Virus record (IMG/VR): IMGVR_UViG_3300024503_000015
Coordinates: 124,001 to 188,000 of that record
Reading direction: 5' to 3' (one strand)
DNA length: 64,000 nt
Notes under the pieces: model-generated
Databases searched by the model: none
What the model was told of the DNA's origin: nothing
Seen by the model: only the letters and a program-made list of their open reading frames with translations
Translations under genes and position numbers: made by a program
Part shown: piece by piece, positions 1-12,000 of the stretch
Layout: every line of letters starts with the position of its first letter
Numbering within the stretch: the stretch's first letter is position 1

Positions 1-3000
1 ATTACACTATTAGAAGAAACAGATACTACTCCTATTGACGGTGAAACTGTACTAGTTACAGACGGCGACAATTTTAAAGGAAAAATGTTCCACTATTCTA
101 GTGGTGCGTGGGTAGAGAGTCAGGACAAAACAGCAGTTAATGTTGCACCATTGTTTGATGTAGTTGATGTAAACGCCACAAGTTTTGGAGATAGAACAAC
201 TTATATTGGTTCTTCATTTATCGGATCTAAAGTTTTTAGTTACCAGCCAGGCGACACATATGATAATATTTTAACACAAAATATTTCTTATAGAAACATT
301 GGTAATATTGGAGATATTGTTTTTGACTTCAATTTACAAAAAGATTCATTTACCTATCAAGGCGAAGTTGAACTTATCACACGAGTGCTTGACCGAGGGT
401 ATCTTCGAATTAATGATAGTCTTTCAGACTATAGACTTGTTAATGGATGGGTCAAATCTGAGTTTCAAACAAAACAACCGGTTATACGACAAATCAATGT
501 CCAGGCAGATTTGTTAAATTTATTCCCTATTGACGTCTATGCAAAGAGCGGAATGTTAGACGACTTAGATGTTAAGGTTTTTGTTAACAATAAGAAACGT
601 ACAGATTATGAAATTTACAGACAAAATAGTATTGCTTACATTCAGTTTACCGCAGATTTAACTGTAGACGATGTTGTAGTTATAGAAACAATGTCTTCTG
701 CTACTAAATTAGATAACATCGGATATTATAAATTCCCAAGTAATCTTGAAAGCAACCCGCAAAATTTAAGTTTAGAAGATTTGACCTTAGGTCAAATTTC
801 TAATCATTTAAAAACTATTTCAGAAAATTTTGTTAAGTTTGAAGGTAACATTCCAGGCATTAGTAATCTGCGCGACCTAGGAAACATATCAGGATATGGT
901 ACACAGATAGTTCAGCATTCTGGACCTTTAGCACCAATCATGTATAGTTTTACAAATAAAAACGTTAACATTATTAAGAGTTTGCGTTATGCCAGAGACG
1001 AATATTCTAAATTCAAACGTAATTTAATTAGAACTGCAACTACATATGGTTACGATGGTATAACTCGTACACATTTAGATTTGGTGCTTAAAGAAGTAAC
1101 CAAAGATAAAACAGTCGAGTCTCCATTTTATCTAAGCGACATGGTTCCGTTTGGAGTTAATTTTGTCTATGAACAAGAAGTTATTGATAATTCCTTCACT
1201 GATTATCCACTGACATTCGATTTTAATTTAGACGAAGCAAGTTCTAAAGCAGTAATGGTATATGTCAACGATGATCTTTTACTGCACGGCAGAGATTACA
1301 TTTTCGTCAATACAAGTTTTGTTAGAATATTATCTGCAATACAAACTGGCGATATATTAAAAATTTATCAATACGATCAAACTGCGGGCTGTTGTGTTCC
1401 ACCGACTCCTACTAAGTTAGGATTGTATCCATTGTTTGAACCAAAGATTTTTGTCGATAACACTTATGTTACTCCTACAAAAGTTATACAAGGTCACGAC
1501 GGTAGTATTACTGTTGCATTTTCAAAACCAGATGAGCCAAATGAATTTAGAGACGAGTTATTACTAGAATTAGAAACACGTATCTATAATAATATTAAAA
1601 TTCGTTACAATCCAGAATTGTTTAATCTTGATACATTAATGACTGGATATTTTAGAAATGCCGATATTACTGTTGACGAATTGAATTCTACACTAAGACA
1701 AGAGTTCTTAAACTGGACTAGTTTAATCAACGACGATTATACTAAACACAGTTTCTTTGATAGAAACGAGCCGTTTACTTATAACTATAAGTCATTTGCT
1801 GACCCGCAAGGAAATCCGTTGCCAGGTTTCTGGAGAGGAATATACAAATATTTCTACGATACAGATCGTCCGCACACACATCCATGGGAGATGTTAGGAT
1901 TCAGTATTAAACCAAAATGGTGGGAGACTACCTACGGTCCAGCACCTTATACTAAAGATAATTTATTACTATGGAATGACCTAGCAGAAGGCCTTGTAAG
2001 AGCTCCGGGTCAGTTACCAACACGAAACAGTTTATATGCTAGACCTGAATTGTTAAAATATGTACCTGTTAATGCGTCAGGAGAATTAATTGACCCACTA
2101 ACTGTTGGACTAGTTTCAGATTTTGTTTCAGTCTTTACAGAAAAAGAATTCACTTTTGGCGATCAAACACCTATTGAAACAGCGTGGAGACGTAGCAGTC
2201 ATTACGCATTTTCTTTAATTACTGCACTTACTCTATTACGTCCTGCAAAAATGTTTGCTTTAGGATTTGATAGAATTCGCCAGTACAGAGATCAAACAGG
2301 ACAAATTGTTTATAAACTTCCTACAGGTAACTTGAGATTTAATACCACAAATATGGTATTCCCAAGTACTGTTAAAGACAGCACAAGAGTGTTTACCAGC
2401 GGACTAGTAAACTATTTGTCAGACTATGGTATTAGCAAATCGTTTGCAATACTTGACAATTTTAAATCAGACTTAACTTCTTTACAAGTAAAAATTTCCA
2501 GCAAATTAGCCGGCTTTACTACTAAAGAAAAATTTAAATTAATTTTAGATAGTCGTAGTCCTTTGAATGAAGGCAATGTATTCATTCCTCAGGAAAACTA
2601 TAACATTATTTTAAACTCTAGCACACCAGTTACTACTATTAACTATAGCGGTGTAATTATTGAAAAAACAACCAGCGGCTTTGTTATTAAAGGTTACGAT
2701 AAATCTATACCAGAATTTAAGTATAAAAAAGCTCTGGATACAGTATCGGACCCGATAATCAATGTGGGCGGAATCTCTGAAACTTATATTGACTGGAATT
2801 CAAATAAATTCTACAGCAAAGGTCAAATTGTTAAGACAGATCAAAACTATTTTAGAGTTACTGTAGCGCATACAAGTACTACGGCATTTGAATCAAAGTA
2901 TTTTGTTAAACTGCCATATCTACCAATTGTTGGCGGACGTCAGATTGTAATAAGAAGAAATTTTGAAAAATCTGTAAGCACATTACACTACGGCGCAGAA

Positions 3001-6000
3001 TTAAGAACAGTACAAGAAGTCGTTGATTTCTTATTAGGTTACGGAAAATATCTAACAGATGCAGGTTTCACATTTGAATATTTTAATCCTAATTTAAAAA
3101 CAGTCACAGACTGGCAAACCAGTGCCAAAGAGTTTGCGTTTTGGACTACACAAAACTGGGCCGAAGGTTCGATTATTACTGTAAGTCCTGCCGCAGAAGA
3201 ATTGATTTACAGACAAGATTATGCTGTAGTTGACAGCATTTACGATCCTTTCTATGAATATAGCCTATTCAAACAAGACGGCGTAGAATTAGAACCAAGT
3301 TTTACTAATAGCATTCGTGAAAATAATAGTTTTAGTCTGCGACCAAAAAATACAGCAGACGGTTTATATCATGCTACATTGAATCTTGTACAAAAAGAAC
3401 ACGTTTTAATTTTAGATGACACTACAATTTTTAATGACATTATCTACGATCAAGTACAGGGCTATAGACAAGAACGTATTAAAGTAGTTGGATATAAAAT
3501 TAGCGACTGGACAGGCGACTTTAGTATTCCAGGGTTTGTCTACGACCGTGCAGTTGTTTCAGAATGGACAGCATGGAAAGACTATGCCTTAGGTGAAACT
3601 GTAAAATACAAAGAATTTTATTATAGTGCCAGAACAAATGTTCCAGGTACAGAATTGTTTGACGACAATAATTGGTACAGACTAGATGGAAGACCACAAA
3701 GTAAATTAATTCCTAACTGGGATTATCGTGCTACACAGTTTGAAGATTTTTATGATTTAGATACAGATAGTTTTGATGTTGACCAACAAAAGTTTGCTCA
3801 ACATTTAATCGGCTATCAAAAGCGCCAATACCTTGAGAATATTATTAATGATGATGTAAGTCAGTACAAGTTCTATCAAGGTATGATTCAAGAAAAGGGT
3901 ACACAAAACAGTTTATCTAAATTGTTTGACGCACTAAACTATGCAAACACAGATAGTTTAGAATTCTTTGAAGAGTGGGCAATTCGCTTAGGACAATACG
4001 GTGCCAGCGGTGGCTACGAGGAAGTAGAATATATTCTTAATGAAGAAAAATTCTTAATTAACCCACAGCCAATTGAATTAGTAAATGCAGTTCCGTTTGG
4101 AGTGAACGATTTTGTTTATAGAATTACTCAGGATCAAGTTTACTTAAAACCTGACGACTATACACACGAGCCGTTCCCAGTACTAGCATCTCAGAAAGAA
4201 TATATTAGAACTGCGGGCTATGTTAACTATGAAGACGTTGACTACATTATTTCTTCTAAAGATGAATTCGCCAACTACAATATTAAAAATCTTGTAGAAG
4301 GTACATATTTCTGGTTAGGATTTGATAACAGTTCTTGGAATGTTTATAGATTTACTAATTTCGCTAAGTCTGTTAAGAGTGTATCAGAAGGTACTAACTT
4401 AAGAATTACTCTTAATACTAAACTACCTGTAGATATAGAAGTTGGATCTTATATTGGAATTAATAATACTAATGCTTCGTTAGAAGGCATTAAACAAGTA
4501 TTAGATACAGGCTTAAACTGGTTTGAAATAACCATGCCTGCTAATTTAGATACTGCGGCAATTGCAGAAATTAATTTATTTTTAAACATTAATTTGTTTA
4601 AATTTACTCCACAACGACTATCGTCAATTAACGATTTAAATTCCTTGCCTGTTTCTGCTAAGAAAAATAATGAAATAGTATGGACAGACGGAGTCAACAA
4701 TGCTTGGAGTGTCTGGAAGTTTGCTAAAACATACACTAGCACAAAAATCACTAGTGAAGAAAATTATTTTGGAAAAGTTATTGCGGTTGATAACACAGAA
4801 ACAGTATTGGCAGCAACATCAACAAATGCAGTTTTGTTCTACAGCAGACCTACATCGACATTTGGATGGGCGTTCCAGGATTCTATTTTCCCATTATCGA
4901 CAGAAACATTTACCGACACTAACGGAAGTTTCGGTGATAGTTTATGCTTTAATGCCGACGGATCTTACTTATTTGTAGGCGCACCGCGTTACGGTATTAC
5001 ATCTGAACCAGGTGCTCTACCAACAGATCCTCCAATCATTACAGAAGTGGATATTGGTTATGTGGCACAGTACACAAAAAATATCTACGGCAGTTACGAA
5101 TTTACAAGAGTAATTCAAAGTGCTACACCAACACAGTTCCAATATTTTGGACAGAAGATACAGGTAAATGGAAATGTATTATACATTGTTTCTAAAGGCA
5201 ATGGATCTTCAGTTCCAGCAGCCGTGTCTGCGTATAACTTAACAACAAACACTTTCCTAGCAACACTAACTCTACCAACAGGTATTAGTATAACTGACAT
5301 AGATATTAGTTCGAGCAATATTGTAGCAATATCTAAAAATGACGAATCTGTTTTAGTTGTTCGTTTAGCAGGAACAGCCTTTACAACAGTACAAGAAATC
5401 AATGTTAGCGATTTTACATCACTAGAAGTTTTAGAAACAGGTAGTAATTTTGGCACATCTGTAGCAATTACAAAAGATTCAACTTTTGTTGCTGTTGGTG
5501 TACCAGGGTATTCAGGCGTAGCATCTAATCAAGGAGCAGTTGCACTATTCAAATTAAATGCTTCAACATACGTTGCTGATGATTTTATTACAAGTCCGCT
5601 AAACCAAGACAGTGAAAAATTTGGATATAGAGTAAGATTTAATCTAGACAATGATAGATTAGTAATTTATAGTTACGGTGGTAGTCAAACAATTGAAACA
5701 ATAATTGACTCCGGCGAAACAACATTTGATTTAAATGTAACTACATTTATCGAAGAACAAGAATTTACTGGCAGTGTTCGTGTTTATGAAAAATACGACG
5801 CCAAGTTCTTAATCGGCGACGAATTAGAACCAACAGCAGTTTCTGGAATTAACTACGGCGATGCGTTTGTTGTAGCAAGAAAAATTTATATTAACGATCA
5901 AACATCGATTAACGGATCATTCCATGAGTTTTCTGGAAGCACTAAATCTTGGACTAAGTTCCGCGAACCGGAACCTAGTGTTAACTTATCTAAGATTAAA

Positions 6001-9000
6001 TCATTGTTCTTATATAATACAAGAACAAACAGCGTAGTTGCCAACTTAGATTTTATCGATCCAATTACAGGAAAGATTTTAGGAATCGCTGAACAAGAAT
6101 TAACATTCAAAACATACTACGATCCAGCAATATATACAGTTGGTGTAGAATCTGTAGTAGTAGATTTACTAATGGGATGGACAACACCTCATGTTGGTAA
6201 ATTATGGTGGGATCTCAGCACTATTAAATTTGCTAATCCCCTACAAGGATCTATTGTATATAAAGCCAACACTTGGAATAATGTCTACAATGATTCCACT
6301 GTGGATATCTACGAATGGGTAGAATCTGAATACACACCGAGCGAATGGGATTCGTTAGCAGATACTGAAACTGGACTAGCATTAGGTATTAGCGGAACAT
6401 CTAAGTACGGCGACCTTGCATACAGTATTAAACAAAAATATGATACTATAAGCAAAACATTTACCAACACTTATTATTTCTGGGTTAAAAATAAAACTAC
6501 AGTACCTGACGTTACCTTTAGAAAAACGTCTGCCAGCGATGTTGCAAATTTAATATCCAATCCTAAAGGTCAGGGCATTCAGTATGCTACTTTATTAGGT
6601 AAAAATCAATTTGCATTAGTGAACTGCAAAGGATTAATCACAGGCAAAGATGTTGCACTAAATGTTCGTTACTGGACAGTGAATAATACTGAAAACAATA
6701 TTCATGCACATTATCAGTTATTAGCAGAAGGAAACACTAATAAAAAACTTAACAAGTATGTTGAACAGAAATGGTTTGACAGTTTAATCGGTTACGATAT
6801 CAACGGCGCAGAAGTGCCAGATCCTAGATTGCCTGCTAAATTGAAATACGGTATTCTAAACAAACCTCGTCAAGGTATGTTTGTTAACAGACTTGAAGCT
6901 CTAAAACAATTTATAGAGCGTGTTAACTCTGTATTAATACAACGTGCAATTATTGACGACTTTGATTTTACAGCATTAAACTCTAAAGAAGAACCTCCGA
7001 CTGAATTATCAGGAAAGTACGATATTGCAATCGACAGTCAAAGTCAAATACGTTTTGTTGGCTCTACAGGATTTATTCAAGCCACTGCTGTTCCGGTAGT
7101 AGAAGCAGGAAAGATTGTACGTGTTGTAGTTACAAATCCAGGCCGTGGATATAAAATTGCTCCAGAAATTATAGTTAATGGTGCAGGCACTGGCGTAAAA
7201 TTAACAGCAAAGATTAACACTATTGGCGAAGTTACTGGTGTAACAGTTGATAACTTTGGCCGAGATTATTTAGATTCTACTACATTGTATATTAGACCAT
7301 TTACAATTTTAGTCAACAATGATGAAACAGCGGCTAATAAATGGAGTTTATACATTTGGGATAGTGTCAAAGGCGACTGGTTCAGATCAAAAACTCAAAT
7401 TTATGATGTAACCAAGCATTGGGATTATGCCGACTGGTATGCCGATGGCTACAGCGCATTTACTAAAGTTGACCATTTAGTTGACTTCTCATATGAAATG
7501 AGTTTCATAGATATTGCTGTAGGCGATTTAGTAAAAATTAAAAATGAAAAATCTGGTGGTTGGATTCTTTTAGAAAGAATTAATACACTAGTTACAGATA
7601 ACATTTCTTTAAATTACACAACAGTAGGTCGTCAAAACGGAACAATCCAATTCAATAGTAATTTGTACAAGTTTACAAATAGTAATATTGGATTTGATAG
7701 TTTTACCTATGATGGCGATGTATACGACGACGAACCAAAAGAAGAATTAAGAATTATTCTCGATGTCATTAAAAATAATTTATTAATAGACGATTTAGAA
7801 GTAGAGTATAATAAGTTATTCTTTGCAAGTCTGCGTTACGTATTCTCAGAACAAACATTTGTTGATTGGGCATTTAAGACTTCGTTCGTTAAGAGTCAAC
7901 ACAACCTTGGCGAATTAAAACAAAAAGTTAATTATAAAAATGACAATCTTGCTAGTTACGAAGAATACATTAATGAAGTAAAACCTTACAGAACTAAAGT
8001 TAGAGAATTTATCAGCAATTACACAGCAACTGATAATACATATACAGGAACTACAGACTTTGACCTTCCAGCACGTTATGATACTGAAGAAGGAAAAATT
8101 CTTCCGTTTGATGTAAAAGTCAATAATTCTGTAATTACATATAACTCATCTGCAATATTAAATGCACCATACAGTGATTGGTTAGATCATGCTGGATATC
8201 GTGTTACAGAAATTGTTGTTGTTGACGGTGGCTCAGGATACCAAGCCGCACCTGCTGTTGAAGTAGTTGGTGTGTGCAAAACTAAAGCCACTGCTAAAGC
8301 GTATATTTCACAAGGATCAGTAACAAAGATTGCAGTAGAAACTAAAGGAGAAGGTTACCTAACTACACCTACTATAGTTATTAGCGGATCAGTTGGCGCA
8401 AGCGGAGTAACAGCCAAGGCTACAGCAATTCTTGGAGAAGGCGTTACAAGAACAAACACCATTGGTGTTAAATTTGACAGAATTATTCCGGAGTATCAAG
8501 TAAGTTCTATTACAATGTCGCAGACATTCGATGGTACAGGATCTAGAACATTGTTCCAGTTAAACTGGCCTATTGATATTAGAACAAACAAGACTGCGGT
8601 AACAGTATCTAACGAAGAATTATTGTCTAGTGATTTTACAGTTTATAATAAGAAAGATACTTCGTTAGGATATACACGTTATATTGGTATATTAGAGTTA
8701 TCTACTGCGGCAGAAGTTGGCAGTTCTAATATTACTGTAACTTATACTAAAGATATAAGACTTCTTACAGCCGCAGATAGAATTCAATATTACTATAGTC
8801 CAATAACAGGACAGATTGGTAAAGACCTAGGACAGTTAATGTCTGGAGTTGACTACGGCGGCGTTGAAATTACAGGGCTAGGATTTGAAATAAGTTCTGG
8901 TTGGGACGGACTTCCATGGTTTACTGCTGGCTGGGACGACTTCGATGAAGATTATACAGACTTTTTAGTTGTATCAGATGGTACAACACGTTCTTATAAT

Positions 9001-12000
9001 CTGCCATATATTCCTGCAGATGGAGAACAGATTAACGTTTATATTAATGGTGTAAGAATTGATGACATTAATTATGACGTTTACACCAGTGCCGAAACTG
9101 CATATAATACCGCAGCCGCATTATTAGAAGTTTATACTGCTGAAGAGATTGCTCTACAAGCAGATAAAGACGCTAAAGAAATAACAGTTAATTCTCTAAC
9201 ACAAGAGCTTATTGATACACAGGCAGTTATTGCTGACTTACAAGCACAGTTAGAAATTACCTCCCCAAGCGATCCTTTATACTTTGCTTTACAAACTACA
9301 TTGGCAGAAAATCAAGCACAGGAAACACAGTTAATTTCAGACTTGACCATTGCCCAAGGCGAACTAGACGATGCAGAAGCATTACTAACAGCCAAACAAG
9401 TACAAGTGGCTAACAAAACTCTTGATGTTGCCGCAAAGTTAGCAACATTAAATGCAACCGATGAAATTACAAATCCAGATGCACAGATGCAGACATTTGT
9501 AGGAGACGGAAGCACTGATACTCCTATAGTCATTCCTGCATACGTAGATGTAAACAGCGGAGATACTATTATCTTCCGTAAGAGTACCAGCGATGGTAGT
9601 TTTAGACCAAACCAGCAATATTTAGACTCTGAAATCAGCGGCGGAGATTTTACATATACTACTGCCCGAGGCATTCGTGCAGAAGACATCAATCTTGACG
9701 GCGACAATTTTGTAACACCAACTAACAGCCATGCACCGGAAGAAGTAGTTACGGGACAGGTTGTAGACTCTGTAGCAATTACAGTCTACCATACTGTAGA
9801 AGACGGTACACCTATTATTGTCACAAGACATTATATAACAACAGAGCCAGAAAACGAGTTCTTAATTGGACAGCGTCCAAACAGCACTCAAGCGGCAGTT
9901 GTTAAATTAAACGGATTAATTAAAAAGCAAGATGTAGATTATACACTAAATTACGCTATGCAAAAAGTTGTGTTCCCAACTAACTTGCCTGTGGGCAGTG
10001 AAGTTGTGATTACTTCTATGAGCAAAAACGGTACAAGCATTCTTGATTCCGATTCATTTACTGGCGATGGTGTTTCTGTAGATTTTGTAACAGTAGCACG
10101 TTGGGATGGAGATTATTCTGCACTAGTTACTGTTAACGGTGTACCAGCCACAGTAACAACATTTGTAACAGATAATACTTACAGCGAAGTTGGAAACATT
10201 GGAATTAGATTTGCTACAGCACCAGTCAATACGGCAATTATCGACTACACGATTATTGGTACAGCATTAAACACAGTAAGTCGTGTTTCAACAGAAACTG
10301 TTGTTTATGACGGCACAAGTCAGGTGTATAGTTTAACAAATACACCGGCCAACTTACGTCCGTTTGATAATAACGTATTAGTTGAATATGCTGGAAGAAT
10401 TTTACGTCCGGCAGATACTGTTTATTTTGATGTCGTAGGAACAGTTCGTACTTACACAGTAAGCACAGTTGACTATGCTATTAATACCATTGATGCAAAC
10501 AAGGTTAGAGTTTTCTTAAACGGCACCGAACTAGCAATTTCAAGACAATTTACTTGGAAGTCATCTAGCAATCAGTTAACAATTAAGCGTGGAGTTGCTA
10601 AAGTTGGCGATAAAATTGCATTGGTAATTTTAGAAAATGCAGAATACTACATTGACGAAGACTCAACAGGTGCTCAATTGCGCTTAGTAGATAGTTACTC
10701 GGTTAACGATAAATTTGCAGTTACTACATTTACTAATCACGATATTTTAGATATCGAACGTAATAGTGATTATATTACATCTGCAAGTATTGTGACTGTA
10801 GGAACTACCGACTACTATAGATTAAATCAATTATTAGCAGGACGCATCCAACTTAGAAACCCTGCGTTGGGCGCACAGTATATTTGGTTAGCATTGAACG
10901 GAGAATTGTTAACTCCTGAAATCGATTATATCTTAGAAGATAATTTAACTTATATTCAAATTGATAGAAACAGAGTGTTAACATCTACAGATGTAATAGA
11001 CCTTATTGTATTCAGTAGCGATGTAACTACTGGTAGACCTTTTGGTTATAGAATATTCAAAGATATGTTAAACAGAACAATCTATAAGAGATTAGATTCT
11101 GAAGCATCGGCAGTATTAGCACAGCCATTAAATTATTATGATACAACTATTGTGTTAGAAGATGCCAGCGGCTTAGTTGAACCATTGCGTAGTCAGAATC
11201 AAGCAGGTATTGTTCTAATTGATAAAGAGCGTATAGAATATCTTGAAAAAGATGGAAATACATTAAAATATCTACGCAGAGGTACACTAGGAACTGGAGT
11301 TCCTGAAGTGCATCCAGTAGGAACAGCAGTACTTGATGCAAGTACAAACCAAACTGTTCCTTATAAAGATGAAACAGAAACTGTTGTTTTAGTTGCTGGC
11401 GGATACTCACAGGCATCTGAAATATATGAAAACAGTTTTGGTATCAATGTTACTTCAGTCAAGTATAATTTTAACAATACTACAGCGTTCCCATTAGGCG
11501 GACAAGTTGTGACTGTAAAAGGAACTGGATTCAAGGAAAACGTTGAAGTTGTTATCGGTGACCCTACACTAAAAACAACATTTGTAGCCACAGAAGTTAA
11601 TTCTGCCAATGAAATAATTGTTAGCAACATCGATAGATTATTTGTAGGCAAGGAAGTTGTATTCAGCGGCGCAGTTTTTGGCGGTATTGATTCTTCTATT
11701 TCTTATTATATTTTAACTTATGGACAGGATGTAGTTACAGAAGAATATTATATTACAGTTAGCGAAACAGTAAACGGCAGTCCGGTGTCATTATCAGTAA
11801 GTACTGGCGAAATGACCGGTTCTCATATGAGAGCTAAGTGCAACACTACTTATGTAAGTAGTACTGAATTGACATTTATCAGTCAAGCAGAAGTAGTTGG
11901 TGCGTACGATTTAGTAATAGTAAATCCGTCGTTTAGTGTTGGACCAGTTACAGTGGCACAAACTAGTTACGTAGCACCAGCGGCTATAAAATATGTACAA

